In this document: piece by piece, positions 25,876-40,500 of the stretch | Position numbering within the stretch: the stretch's first letter is position 1 | How the letters are laid out: each line of letters opens with the position of its first letter | Assembly: GCA_002633005.1 (NCBI GenBank) | Contig: NMRA01000426.1 | Coordinates: 333,254-397,253, forward strand | Length of the DNA stretch: 64,000 bases | DNA from: Phoronis australis | Taxonomy: Eukaryota; Animalia; Phoronida | Reading direction: 5' to 3' | Notes under the pieces: generated by a model | Database searches by the model: none | Seen by the model: only the letters and a program-made list of their open reading frames with translations | Told to the model about the DNA's origin: nothing | Made by a program: the position numbers and the translations under genes

Positions 25876-26864
25876 GGGAATGTTGCATCCAGTGTCAAAA
25901 AGGACATCCAGTCAAGAAAATGTAACCACATAGAGACGTAACAATTTAACACTGGAGATATCTTACAATTTTGCAGTAGTCATGGCTTCTACCCAAAACA
26001 GTGCAAAACATTTACAGAATGTGTTTTAAGACAGCATTCATATTATATGTTCAGCTTAGATAACACTCAAAACTGACAAGGAGTCTTGCAGATATGTATA
26101 ATTTAAGGTTGAGCTTAATTAGGCTAGTTCCTGCACTTTTCAGTTCAGAGATTATTTCAACAAAATGTCCTCTACGTTGAAACTGCCGACAGAAGCATAG
26201 TGTTAAACATTTTGTCCCCATTTCATGAAAAATCAAGGTTTAACATTTTAGTGTCCAGTAAACGTGAGTGAATGTTGGGCAGATGTGTGAAGAAATGGAA
26301 ACAAAACAGTGAGTTACCTTCATAGTTACCATTAGATATGCCATGCATTGTATAAAGACTTACTTGTTTTGGACTGTGATGTCATCTTGACTGTTGCCAC
26401 AGTGACCTCAATAGAAGCAGCAGGGGAAGTCATGGCTGAAACATTACAACACAAGTATGAGTGTGTCACCAGACTAAACAACACAAAAGTTTTAGAGTGT
26501 GTAATCAGTCTATTACAACACACAAGTCTTCGAGTGTGTCATCAGTCTATTACAACACACAAGTCTTCGAGTGTGTCATCAGTCTATTACAACACATACA
26601 TTTATCACATCAATGTACTGACTATAATCCTGATGATGATATTGAGTAATATCGAAACATCGACATGAAGCCCAACATCTTGTTGTTACTATTTAACTAA
26701 CTTTTTACGGAACCTGTTTCAGAGTTGCAAGTGAATAAGCAGAGTCTTAAGTTGGTTCATCAAAAACTCAACTTAACTGAATCTCATCTAAAGCAAGCTG
26801 GATGTGTAATTTCACTCATCCACATGACTAACACCAACACTAGCGCCACACAGTGTCCACTTAC

Positions 26865-27077
26865 CTATACACTCTCCTGGTTCTTCACTCCAATTCCAAT
26901 TAGACTTCTTATCACACCTCAGTAACTGAAAGCCTCGTTTCCGAAGGGCAGCGCTCTTAAAGGCAAAGTCAACGCTGCACCTGACGATGGCTGTCTCAGC
27001 TAGACCTGTCTTGTTGTTGGTGTGTAATGATACCTCGATGGGTCCAGTGTGGCCACGAAACAGTGGACAGCCTACAG
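26865..27077 (-). CDS. CUB-sushi-TM receptor, coding exon 4 (sushi/CCP-like: VGCPLF...IVRCSVDF...LLRCDKKSNWNWSEEPGECI)
   Basis: Acceptor cacttacag|, donor G|GTAAGT, 213-nt phase 1-1 module with four Cys and a Trp before the last Cys. Confidence 0.85.
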
Positions 27078-27844
27078 CTGTAAGTGTGATAGTTTTGTCA
27101 CTGCAGTGTAAACATGAACTCTTGCAATGTGTGCTTAGTTATACTATCAATTTAACAGTAGTCTATGCTAGTTACCGTATCTTTAATTTTTTTGTTTTAA
27201 TTACCAACCTGGGGTTACCTGAGCTTATCTGAGGCAGAGTTGATAAATGACTGGGTGTTTGGTTTCAGGCTACAGAGAATATTTTGATCTTTAGCTAACA
27301 GTGTCCATTTCAAAAAGATAGTACTTTGGCTTAACATTGAATAACAAGTCCATTAGTGTGATGTCTAAACAGAAAAACAAACTGCAACCAGACACAACAT
27401 TTGAAGCTATTCAAAGGCAGCTTCCAAATGTCCGTCTACAGTTGGAAGACAAAGTATACAACTCTTTAAAGCCTGCTGCACACTGCAAGACATAGCACCA
27501 TGACACAACTCATCTGTTCCAGTAGTTTACGACTCATGGTTAAATCAAAGCATAGCAGTTTTCAATTAAAAAAATGATTTCTTCTCGAAAATCAGTGAAA
27601 ATATGAAAATAAAACTTGCAGTCTGATTTCCTTTGGGTTTTCAATGTAACTTCAACAAAGCCAGACAAATTTTGACGAGCGTCAATTTTTTAAAAACTAC
27701 TGTACTTGTATGCAAGTATGTAGACATTGATTTGACCTGAGCTGCTATGGAGTAATACTCAATCATTAGTCAATAACTTGGTGACAAGCAAGATGAGTCA
27801 AAATGAGCAACGTTGTGTAGTATGCAGAACGTGTAATCACTTAC

Positions 27845-28140
27845 CTTGGTAATGTAATGCAAATCTCGCTCCACTGGGGGCAGCACTGTACTCGTGTGAA
27901 TGAAATGTGACAAAAACCTCGTTAGTACCACTGAGAAGCAAAGTGCGCGACCGCAGCTCTTGTCCACAGCCACTGAACAAGACTGGATCAGCCGGAGACA
28001 GGGAAGAATCAGTAATGCCCAGGTAATCAAAGCACTTGTAGTCACGGCGACCGTCCAGGAGGAATACCTCAATATATAGTTCAATTTTTTCGTGTAGTTT
28101 TGCACGAATATTCCAGCGACAGTCAAGCCCGGTGTGATAT
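27845..28140 (-). CDS. CUB-sushi-TM receptor, coding exon 3 (rest of CUB: YHTGLDCRWNI...CFDYL...GCG...VFVTFHSH...FALHYQ)
   Basis: Acceptor catttctag|, donor G|GTAAGT, 296 nt, open frame, phase 2 to 1, CUB Cys/Trp/DYL pattern. The ORF track shows the wrong frame here. Confidence 0.92.
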
Positions 28141-28289
28141 CTAGAAATGCAGGAAAATATATGGATAAATAAAAATTCAGTGACACCTGAACAATACTAC
28201 ACTGGGTGTAGTCTGGGACTCAAATGCCGTGTTTTTTTACTTAACCTGGTTTTGCCGGATAAAGTTTTTTTTTGCTGTTTCGTGTAGCC

Positions 28290-31200
28290 TAGGGTTTGGT
28301 AATCAGAAATCAGGCGGGTGACCGTTCCCAAACCTTGAGCATTTCTTTAAATATGCAAATTAAGGTCGCCATTATGCAAAATTCTATTTTTGCCTATAAT
28401 TTCCTAACCAAGCACTGCAGGTAGATTATTTTGACATTTTACCCCTGTTTCCATGGTCAGTGAATTTAATGGAGCACGTTTGTTGGTGAATACATTGTCA
28501 ATTTGCATAATTTATGCAAATTAATACCCCCATTATGCAAAATTCTATTTTGCATATAATTTCCTTACCAAGCACTGCAGGCAGGTTATTTTGATGCTTT
28601 CACCCACGTTTCCATGGTAGATGAATTGAATAGTGAAAGTTTTTGGGTGGATACATCGTCAATTTGCATAATTTATGCAAATTAAGGCAGCCATTATTCA
28701 AAATTTTACTTGTTCTCATAGCTATGGTACCAATCATCACAGGTGAATTATCATATTTGCACCTATGTTTCTGTGGTCAATTAGTTCAATGAAATCAGTT
28801 TGCATGTTGTTGCATGATAAATTTGCATAATTAATGCAAATTAAGGCCACCATTATTCAAAATTACTTGTTGCTTAAAGCTCCCTTACCGAGCACTGCAG
28901 ACAGGTTACGTTATTGTTTTCACCCATGCTTCCATGGTCAGTGAATTTAATGAACCTCGTTTGCTGGTGAATACATCATGAATTTGCTTAATATATGCAT
29001 AATATATGCAAATTAAGGTCGCCATTATTCAAAATTCTACTTTTGCTTATAGCTGAAGTACCAGGCACCCCAAGTAAACTATTTTAACGTCTTTACCCAT
29101 GCTTCTGTGAAATCAGCAAGTTGTTGCATGAGGAATTTTCATATTTTATACAAATAATGGACACCACTATTCCAAAAACTGTTTCTGCTCTTAATTTCCT
29201 TACGGCCGTTACATGTAGATTATTTTCCAATTTATCTCACGTTCTGATAATTTACGCAAATTGCAGCTGCCCTATTCAAAATTCTACTTGTGCTTATAAC
29301 TGCTGCATCAGACACCAGAGGTTAGTTATAAAATATTTGCACCCATGTTTCAGTGGTCAATAAATTTAATGAAATCTCTTTGCAGAATCTCCTTTTTTAT
29401 GAAGTAAGAAAATATTTTGTGTAGTGTGTGTTCTGCAGTTTGAGACCTTAAATTCCAAAAAGATATTGCCTGTAGCCCTGCACTCTCACAGACCACAGAA
29501 AATTAGTTTAATGACTTGGGTGAATGCTGGAATGGGGCTCGGAGCGATCAGATTATAGGGACCACATACAGTAATGAGGGAATAGTAGGGAATTGCCCGC
29601 AAAGAAGAGAATCTTAAGCTCTGGGCACAAGTTGCCATTTGTCCTACAAGATTGAAACAGTTCTTGGAGAGATGGACAGCGGTAACACTAGATCCTGTAC
29701 TAAAACTTATCACTCGGAAGAAAGTAAGGCACGTCTTGATGCACAAGCCCAGAATATTGCACGGATATTTCAAAAGTAGATACCAGCATCGATCTATTGG
29801 ATCTCAATGTTCATCCCAAAGACACAGTGGTGAACATCAGCATGACAGGATTGCCACTTCATGACACTATAAGCATGGGGCAGGTAATGTTATCAGACTT
29901 TGAGAAAGGCTGCCAGTACATTAGGAATACAAGTAGGCAATCACTGATGAAGATCCTTGTTCCTTAATACAATACAAGGATATTGGAGATCGAGACATCC
30001 CATGAAGAAGCTAGCTCCATTATTGTCCAACAGGACGTGAAATGTGCATGTGAACTTAACTTAGGTTGTTTCGGATGGCAAAAATGTATTTGTCCTTTTT
30101 GTGCATTACTAAGACTAGGAACAGCTTCAAATACTACAACCATGAAATCACGTAGTAAGCATAGAAGAGTCGAACAGATAACGTTAACAGTGAAAACATG
30201 TAGCAATATTGTGAAGGTCTCCTCCCTGCCCATGCACTGTAGGGGTGTAACACGTTGGCATGCTACTGTGGAGTTGAAAAGGGATACATTGTTAAAATAT
30301 TGAAGACTGAACATGACCTGTCTGCCATCAGCACTAGTAATGCACATTTTTATGATGTCATGAAACAGGTCACTAAATGTATGTGCGCCTGTTATGTCCG
30401 CCCCCAAACTGTCACCAACAACAGAGACATTCAAAGAGAACGTAAACACAAACAGAGCCCATTACCAGTCAGTTATGTGGTAGAATGTCACCAGCACTAG
30501 ATCCAGAAGACTATGGATGTAAGAAAGATGCCATAAACAAATCACTCTCACTATCTATAATTCCGCATGGTGTCCAACTTGCTCCTATTGCATGCTAGTG
30601 ATGATTAGGTGTAACTACAAGGTCAGAGTTCACGAAACTCAAGTAGAAACAATTGCAGAGTCAATTTTCTACCCGCACAATATTTTGGGCACATTATTTT
30701 GTAGTGTACTCACATTCCCAGTGTTGAATTAGCATTTGAAACTTCTTGTGACTGGTCTCCATTCGATAGGTTATTGTCCTGGGTTTATGCAATTAAACAA
30801 TTTGGTCATCTATACCGTGGGTATCAGACAAAACTAGAATTTGTAATGTTGTGTAACAAATTACAGATTATATATATTTATGATGTAATAACAGATTACA
30901 TTAAATTCATCAGTAAAAATACCAAAATAATTTACATGCAGTACCCCTCCCCCCCCTCCGTAAGAAAGTAACAAGCAGAAACAGAATTTTTGATAATGGC
31001 TGCCTTTATTTGCATAAATTATGGTAATTTATTGCGCAACTTGCAAACTGATTTCATTAACTTAATTGACCATAGGAACATAGGTTCAAATATCATGAGA
31101 GGTTACCTGTGGTGCTTGGTACCACAGCTATAAGCACAAGTAGCTATATGCACAAGTAAAATTTTGAATAACGGCACCCTTAATTGGCATTAGTTCTGCA

Positions 31201-31430
31201 AATTTGCATTAATTATACATGCAACAACATGCAAAGTGATTTCATTTAACTAGTTGACTAAAAGAATATAGGTGCAAACACCATGATAGTTCATCTGATG
31301 TGCCTGGTACAGTAGCTATAAGCACAAGAAGAATTTTGAATAATGGCAGCCTTAATTTGCATAAATTATGCAAATTGACAAAGTATTCACCCAAAAACTT
31401 ATACTATTAAATTCATTGACCATGGAAACA
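28290..31430 (+). mobile_element. Degenerate Academ (XPG-type) DNA transposon in an intron of the receptor gene
   Basis: Decayed motifs across 29500-30710: WNGARSD, HEEAS, VVSDGKNVFVL, LPAHAL*GCNT, PTTETF..RAHYQSVMW, LDPEDYG. Flanked by ~160-bp ATGCAAATTAAGG repeat arrays in opposite orientations (28340-29380 and 30990-31430). Confidence 0.75.
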
Positions 31431-33494
31431 TAAGTTGATCAATGGCGTCTGCATACCCTATTAATCGCCGTCACAAATAGTGTGATTCTGCGGCCAAAAA
31501 TGTGTGGAGCTTGGAGTAAACAGAATATTTCGTGGAAAAGTGGATAAAAGAAACGGTCAATGTGTTCTCAAACGACAAAAGTCTGAGTTTGCGCTCTGTA
31601 AATGTTGACTGACAATTATGGCGTGCGTAGCCGAATCATGGAGGACCTGAAAACAATGAAACACAAGAAAGAAAAACGCATTCTGATAGGAAATTCAACC
31701 GTAACAGGTAATTCGTTGGATTGGAATCGTGGGATGTGAGTGATGTATGAAATTCCTTTGTTTAATCCCACGTGCAAGCCCCTGCTGGCAGTTAGCAAGT
31801 TGCTACGCCCGAGTTCAATATACTGTGTGCCGCCGAAACGGGATACAAAGTGCTATTTTTGTTACTGCAACTGTGTTTTAGATTGCCGTTGATATATTCC
31901 AATATATTTTGACATTTTTCATGGTTTATTTTTGTTGAAACAAGTAGTTTTGACCAACTCAAGTTTTGCAGTTCAATAGGGAAGTAGTCATGTGGTAGGT
32001 TCTGAATGATCTGATTGGTCCAAGCCATTGTTCACAAATTCTGCTAGCCTATTTTGGGTGTCCTTGTAGTTATTTCTTATGTCACATAGTTTGTTCAACA
32101 CTAGTATGAACAATTATATCCTGTATTAATACTGTTTTAAACTGAAAAGTTTGACCTACTTAACTCTGGCCTGACGACATAAACAGCACAGTTAACTGGA
32201 CCGTTCATACTGGCTTCGGTAAAATGAACATCAAAGTAAATGGTTGGCGACACTGTCGTCATTGAAGTTATCGCAGGGTAGCGCTGCATGCCAAGATTTT
32301 TTCAATGTGACAATTTGGGAACATTTACAAGTACTAAGTGACATTAAACTTATTTTTAAATCGATTGGAGCAAAATATAAGCAGCTATTAGTAACGACAC
32401 TACCCTGTAGCTGTTGACGATAACAGTGGCACCTGGCGATAACTTCAATTGGACCGAAGTTAAGCGTTCATACTGGACTGCAGCGTTGACATTGCGCTAT
32501 TAAATCCATCTGTTAACTGCGATGTTAACTGGAGCTGTTAACTGCGATCCAGGACCGGAGTTAAGCGTTCATACTGACTGCAACTCCCCAATCCATCGAC
32601 GCGTCGACGTTAGCAGGAAAGGCCCTTGAGGCACCTTATTGTAGACTTTCTCAAGTTATCAGCTCTGACTAAACAATATAATCCACTGTGTTTTCGCGAC
32701 TTTCTTACAATTTGCCAATTACCATAGTTGTCTATGAGACACTTCTAGCAATCAAAGCCAGTGTCTTACCAATTGACTATGCTTAAATTATATTACAGTT
32801 TATTGAATAAGATTTAGCTCAGGCACTAAAGCATTTGGCTCTAACAACAAAGGATGCCTGTTCAAATCTGCATTGAGGCTATTCTCAGAAAATAACTTTT
32901 CTCCCCGAAGTCACTAATTTCATCTTCATTTGTGATGAGCAATTTCACGCAATAAATTACGAGTTACCCACAATATTGTGAATAAGTAGAACTATGCCAG
33001 ATAGCTAACACAGAGAATAATCTTATTGTGAACATAACTTATAATCCAGATGAGATGCAACGGGGAAGACGGATTGGTTAATAAATAGGCATAACCTGTG
33101 ATGTCATCAAGCCAAGTGCAAATTGAGTGTGCATTTGTAACCATTCGTGGAGATGAAATCAAGTAGTGTTTGCTCTTCTTGAAACAAGGCTGAACTTTGT
33201 AGTGCAAATATCAACACTGTACACAGGCTGGAGGCTTGGAAATTACATGCAATATGTTTATTAGATCACCAGGATTAATAGAAAGACTGAAGACATATTG
33301 TAAATAGCCGTGTAAATTACAAACCACTTTACATCATCAAATACAATGAAAGGGAGGGATGCACTTATATTTAAACAGTTCCAAATTTAGTTGGAGGGTG
33401 CTTAAAAGGACATGGATACTTATCAGGGCGAATAAGATATGAAGAACACCAGTTCCATGACCTGCACCCGAGATGAGACTTTAGGTCGACTTAC

Positions 33495-33579
33495 CTGTAC
33501 GGGAAGTTTGGACTGGTGAGCCAGCCTCCAGGTGTAGCACTGATGACTGGCTGGTTACCACAGCGACGGGGAAATGAAG
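33495..33579 (-). CDS. CUB-sushi-TM receptor, coding exon 2 (start of CUB: SFPRRCGNQPVISATPGGWLTSPNFPYR)
   Basis: Acceptor cctctttcag|, donor AG|GTAAGT. CG...G.LTSPNFP is the canonical CUB N-terminal motif. Phase 1 to 2. Confidence 0.9.
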
Positions 33580-33606
33580 CTGAAAGAGGTAGAGGGTAAA
33601 GTTCCA

Positions 33607-33625
33607 NNNNNNNNNNNNNNNNNNN
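33607..33625. other. Small assembly gap just upstream of the CUB exon acceptor
   Basis: Run of N. Confidence 1.
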
Positions 33626-33879
33626 ACATGTTAGGAAAATTACTAAAAGTAACAATAAATAAAAAAAATTGTAAAAGAGAATGTGGAACTTTAAAAAACC
33701 TTTAGATTCATCTGAAGCACATAATTCAATCAGAGAAAATGTTCCAAATGGAAACATGGAAATGGCAGTCAACATACTGTCCATACAGTCACTACACACA
33801 CTCTCTAGTGTTATCATGTCCTTGACTAGTAACCAACATTATGTTCTAGCAACAAACCATCCAGTTTGGGTGCAAAATG

Positions 33880-34552
33880 GTGTACAGCTTTGTACTGATG
33901 TGGCTAAATAGAATCTGAAACAAAATTAATGTCCTTAAAAACTACAATTTTCTTTGAGTAAACAAACCAACACTGCTATAAATATTGATGTTCTGCTGCT
34001 AAATTTGTGAAGTAATAAGATGTGTTAACTTTTAGCGCCCACAAAATAGAGCGCCATCTATTGACCTTTTTTCAATCAACTATTCTTCAAAGAGCTTGCG
34101 CACACTTCATACCAAAATATTTGAATTGTTCTCATTCCATTAGAAGTTTATAGTACCTTATCAACAGTCAACTGAATTTCTGAACAAATTTCGCTTTGGC
34201 AAAGCTTTCGCCATCTTTCGAAAGATGTGACAAAAAATGTATCAAATTTGCAACTGTGCTTTTCACGAGCATACTGTTATCCAGTCAACGACATACTTTT
34301 TTGTTACATAAGTAGGAGAATGACGCAAGAAAATCCCATTGTTTTTCACTTAAGAGGGTGTTATGGGCAACATGAGGATTAGTTGTCTCCAAGATGTTAC
34401 ATGCACCAGCAACCGTCACTAGAACTACATTTATGTTTCACAAAGTGATGGGCAGAACTACCCAGGCTATGTGAAATTACATGCAAACTTAACACACAGC
34501 AGTTCCTACCTGCATTTTAATGTAAGTCTTCTTACAGATAGCTAGCTAGCTA
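33880..34552 (+). mobile_element. Family A repeat, older copy
   Basis: Shares acagctttgtac, aaaaactaca..ttgagtaaac, gagaatgacgcaagaaaat and tttttcacttaa with 46112-46855. Confidence 0.65.
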
Positions 34553-37539
34553 TAATAAACCACCGTGCAGACAGACATTGATTTTTATAACATTTCTGAA
34601 GTGCAGAATATCTTAGAGAGCTAGCTATCACATAATAACGCAATAACCCAAACTCTCCAGAGTCACTCTTCACTTCATACCAACCACTGTACATGTGACT
34701 TCACTATGTACATAGTTGACTATTGCCATACAGCTGTCTGAGTGATTATATTCCCTCAGCCATAATAATGATCAAACCTAAAAACCTGCTTCACTCAGAA
34801 ATTCCAACCCCCTTGGCCATAAGACATACTTATATATCTGGAGAAAAAAAACATAGTTATTAACACACAATTATACCTACAACAGAGCCTTCAACACTCA
34901 ACACTAACTGATTAGAGAATGGTTTCTTGTCCTCACAATCTTGTTCAGCTGTTGTTGTTTTCCACATAAGAGTCACATGACTCATGACGTCAGGCCATAC
35001 TGACCCCAAGTGCTCAGTTTATGAAGTCACAGAATCAGACAGAAGACTGAGGCCATAAATCAGTCTGTCACAAAAGTCATCAATAGATTCCTACTGTCAT
35101 GACCAGCAGTTAATACTCATTATTTTGCGTATTCATTTTTGTGACTTTCCATCAGTTTTCTTGAACATAATTTTCATCTGTCATGAGTTATTAGTAGATT
35201 TCAAGCATGTTAATTTTGCTTAAAACTGTCACTTAGCATAATTGATTTTGAACAGTCACTATGGCTTCCAAACCGATGTAGTGAAATATTTCATAACCTT
35301 GCCATCATGTATTGCCCTGCTTTTTATCCACCTATCATGGAGACTTTAAGGAGAATGGTATCCATGACAACAGAGATGATAGAACTGTGATAGGACTTGT
35401 ATATTCAAATGCACAAAGTTACCTCCCTCACACAATCTTCAAATGTTCTTTACAAACTTCAAGCACCTCACTTGACATATGCTGTGCATTTTTTATGTGT
35501 GAAGATCAGTGTAGGCTGATTAAATTTGAAACTAAATCTGAATGTACAGCACTTGGTGACTTGATAATAAGTTCCAGCTGCCAACAGTTCACATCAATAA
35601 ATCCAAAACATGGCTACGAATTTCATAGGGGAACACATTACTCCCCTTCACCCAGGGACATTTCTGATAGAACACCTCATCAACTTCGCTGCTACTCAAG
35701 CTTGATGTTCACTGTGGTTAACCACGAATTTAAGCAGTAATGTTCCCATCAGCTTTGGAGTTAGTCAGAACACTAGTTCAGCTAAGTTTTCGAAGTTATC
35801 GCAACGTGAACCTTTAAATATGACCTTTGGTCATATTCCTTGCTGTTTTTGACAGAGATTGCCATAAAAAATGGCAAAGACATTTCTCCGCTCCTCAAAT
35901 GAAAAATAGAACGTCAACTTCCAAGGCAGCCATTGGTTGCCATGTTGGGTCGATGATGATGTAGCAGAAAATGAACATGAAAAGATTGACTCTAGAGCAG
36001 GCTCGCAGCTGATCCAAACAAAGACTGTATGACGTGGCGGGAAATCGTTTTGCGTACAAATTATGTTCAGTGATTTTTTGATGTAAAGAATCCAGCCAAT
36101 ACATGGATAAATAATAATTATTAGAACAAAATATTAAAAAATTAGAAACCAGTCACTGCCCACTGTTATCAAACGCAGGCAGGGACTCCTGCCAATAACT
36201 CTGATAGCATTGAAGTCGAATATTCCCAATGACGGAAGTTTCAGTGTTGCCAAAGCTCCAAGCCAGTGGGAAAGGCCTTAAAATTTAAATTTACTTAAAA
36301 TTTGGGTTATAGCAATCGGTTCACCAAACTTTTCAATTTTCACTTGAAAAGCCATTTGGGTGCAGAGGAAACAAACTGACTGCAATCGCAAATGACCCTG
36401 ACTCACGCAGTTCATTACTTTTTGCCACCAAAAATATTAGCATTTCCGTCACTCATGTGAACCTAGTATATAATGTTATTACCCATATGCATGTGAACCT
36501 AGTATATAATGTTATTACCCATATGCAAGTTCCAGCGAGGAACATAAAAATCATACAAGATTACATATCACATCCAGCCCAGCTAAAACAAACAAGGTCT
36601 AGATAAATTTTCTACCACAAATGAAGACTGAGGCATCCTTAATTGCTGCACTGATTGATCAAGGATGCCAACATGATAAACTAGCAGCCATGACCCACGT
36701 GCATGGCACACTTGCCCGTGTTTTTTCACTTTACATGAACTCTGCACTAGGTCCTAGCATATCATAAACTATTTTCCTTTAATAAGGTAGACCAATATAT
36801 TTAAAATGTCAGTTGCCATGTATGAAGCTGCAACATGATGAGTCACCTCCTGTAATTTACCGTCAATATCAGCGAGTATACTGTATACTAGGTTCCATGT
36901 TATCCAACATGGCTGGGGACCTGTACTAATGTCTCCTGGCTATCAATCAACTATAAGTTCACTTAAAATCAGCCAAATGTCAGATTTTAACAGTCATTCA
37001 TCCATTTCATGTTAACTCACACATTATAGCCAATACGCTTACATTCAACCATAAGTAAAGTTATGCACCATCTCAGAGAGTGCGCGCTTGCTGCTTCGGA
37101 CAGTTTGAACATTACTAGTCCTTTGCCAATGAGTGGAGGGTTGTTTTAGCACGCAGCCTCTGACTAGGTGAATTACTATCTCTACCAGAGATTATGAAAA
37201 TCAATTACTACCTGCACCAGAGACTATTTTTTATTACTAGATATGTTGTCCACATCTTTGAACTATCTCAGGAATTTTTACAAATTTTTGGTGACACCCC
37301 ACCAGCTACAAAGCGTGTTCCTCTGCACGATAGATGTGTTATTCCAGTTACGTAATCATTTACATTATTTTATTTACTCACAATTTGATCATTAATCCAG
37401 CTTCACACATTATTTTACGTCATCAACTTCATTATTATTTCCGTATGTCAGTGACATGCACAACACAAATCAACCATTAGAAGAGCAACACAAAGTATTG
37501 AAACACGCAAACAGTATGCTGCTAGGGGTGTTTATTAGT

Positions 37540-40500
37540 ATCATAGAAATGGCCACTAGATGGCTCTGACCCATCAAACCTATCCAAACATGGGAAGGCA
37601 TCATTTCCTAATATAAAAACTATTAGTAAAATTTAATTTAGGAGACATAGCCGCAACAAATGCCACTAAGGCGTGCTCTAGTAGTCCGACTCATCAAAAA
37701 AATCAATGCCAGTCCTGCTCTAGTCAGGACCACATCTGCCTATTTTCATAACGATCCTCTGACTCCATGTAGGGAGTAGGATGATAAAACAAATTTTGCT
37801 TTTTTTTAAATTGAAAGTCAAGAAACTAAAGAACAGTAAGTCAGAGAAAAAAATTGTAGCAAGTCATTTCAAACAGTATAGCTCAAGAATACACAATGCA
37901 AAAATTCACTTCTTTTTCCTTCACGTTTAAAATGGCACCCCAGCACGACTGGGTACAAATACAGCAGATCCGCCATCTTGAAAGCAACTTCCTGTTCCAC
38001 AGCAATGGATAATAGCTTGTTATGAGAAACTAATAGCTGACAAATTTCTAAGCAATTGGTCCTATAATGCGCCCTCTACAGGATAAAACGTTTTAGCTTG
38101 ACATCAAGGTGCACATGCGCAATTGCCAATATTTCCGCCATCTTTGACCAGAAGTTCATGATTTCGCACTTATTGATAGATCTTGTCTACATATATATTT
38201 CTTCCAATTTTTCAGCCGTGTACGTCAAAACATGCAGCCTCTTTCAGTATCTGAACTTGAAACCGAAAACTAAATGGCAGCCATGTCCACCATCTTGGAT
38301 CAGATCATGACAAAAAACAATCGGCTTCCAGCACTTCTGGAGCTACATTTTGTGCGTAAATTTCAAGTGGATCGGCAGAAAAATCCGACCTGTAGAGTGC
38401 GAATAAAAAAAAATGTAAGTGCTCCTAGAAGCGACACATAGCGAAATTAACTGAAAACACTACGATGGAGATGATGACGACAATGATTATGATGATGATG
38501 GTGGCGATAATGAACAATATGATAACATTCATATGATGAACGAAGATGTCAGAAAATTAGCAACAGTCTTGTTCAACCAACAAAAATCGGTCAACAAAGG
38601 AACAGCAATATCAGAAAATCTCGAATAATGTGAAAAATGAAAAATAGTTTCTGAAACCCCATGCAAAACTATCTAACACATTAGATTCACAAAATTTTGA
38701 TACTTTGAAACATTTTTAAGTTTTGCATTTTTAAAAAACTGAAAGTCAAATAACTCAAAAACGGTAAATATGAGAAAAAAATTGTTGGCCATTTGAAAGA
38801 GTATACCTTAGAGAACTAACATGCAAAAATTCATGCCATTTCCTCTTCCCATTCAAGACACCCCAGCACAGATGATGATGCGTCATATATGGCATTTTGA
38901 AACCAACTTCCGGATGAGCAAATCCGATAATAGCTATTTACAAGAAACTAATACATGAAAATTTTCGAAGCAATTGATCCATCAATATGCCCTTTACAGG
39001 ACGAAACGTTTTTATTCCGAAATCAAAGTACGCATGCACAATGGCCGATATGTCTGCCAACTTTATCTGGAAGAGAATGATTTTCAGCAAATCTGTAGCA
39101 CAGTCTGCTACAACAATCGTGTTGATTTTCAGTGGTGTACATGAAAAACTGTGGTCTCCATGAGTCTTAGAATCTAAATTCAAATACAAAATGGCCACCA
39201 AATCTGCCATTTTGAATCCGATCACAACGAAAACAACAGGCTTCCTGGACTTCTGGGTCTACAGGTTGTGTCTGAATTTTGTGAGAATAGGACGAAAAAT
39301 GCGACTTGTAGAGTGCAAACAAAACAAGAGCAACGTGGAGTGTTGAAATGCGCCCACAAATGCATCGCAAATGGTGTGCTTTTAGGATTATTTTTTGTAT
39401 TGTAAAAATGGCCACTACATGGCGCAAAAACATACAATCCATCCAAAAACGGGAACATGCCATGTTTCATAAAAATCTGTAAAGGAACTTCAAAGAAACA
39501 AAAGAAAACAGAATAACATGAAATTGCCACTAGTGGGCTCAGCAACCGTTGGATCCGCCTGTAAGTCGTCGTTGTCTGTTGTTATCTTCATATAAATACA
39601 CTAACTAAATTTAATGAAGATCCTGCAGTGGATTAATAGGAGATATAGCTATGGGCTCGAAACAAAACATAACTACCACTAGCAGGTGCCACAGTAGTCA
39701 GTCGCCATCATCAAACGTCCTCTTTACACTGAGAACATGTATGCCAATTTTCAAAATGAATGATTTGGTTCATAGAGGGGTAGACGCCAAAAATAAGATT
39801 TGATAACAGCAAAAAATGGCTACTAAGTGGCGCAAAATACCTTGCTTCCATACAAAACAGGATAGCATCAATTCACCGATAGAGGTCTATATTCAAAATT
39901 TTATGAAAATCTGTTGAGGACCTTTGAAGATACAGAGGTAAACAAAAAACTAAAATTGCCACTAGGGGGCACACCAATAGTCTGATCCGTCCAAAAGTCA
40001 TCGTCATCTGTTGTCAACATCATAAAAATATACTTGCTAAATTAAGTAAAGATACTGCAAATGGTTTAGGAAATAAAGCCATGAGCGCAAAAAAAACTGT
40101 CACTAGGAGGCGCCACAGCAGTCGAAGTTGTCGGAAAATCATTGTCAGCCGTACACTTCATAGTAAAAACATACATGACAATTTTCACAATTATCCTGAA
40201 AGCAGTTTGGTTCATAGACGAGTGGACATCAAAAACCAGACTCGAAAACAGTAAAAATGGCCACTAGGTCTAGGTGACACAAACTAAGTCAAATCCATCT
40301 GAAAACTGAGAGATAGCGTCATCTCATTAACAGATGCCTGTATGCCAAATTTTATGAAAATACATTGAGGATCTTTAAAGATACAGAGGTAAACATAAAA
40401 AATTAAAATTGCCACTAGGTGGTACACCAGTAGTCAGATCTGTCCGAAAGTCATTGTCATTCATTGTTAACATAATTTGAATACACTTACTAAATTTATT

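Noticed and set aside
27770-28186. 138-aa hydrophobic ORF from the track
   Set aside because: Alternative frame overlapping the real CUB exon.
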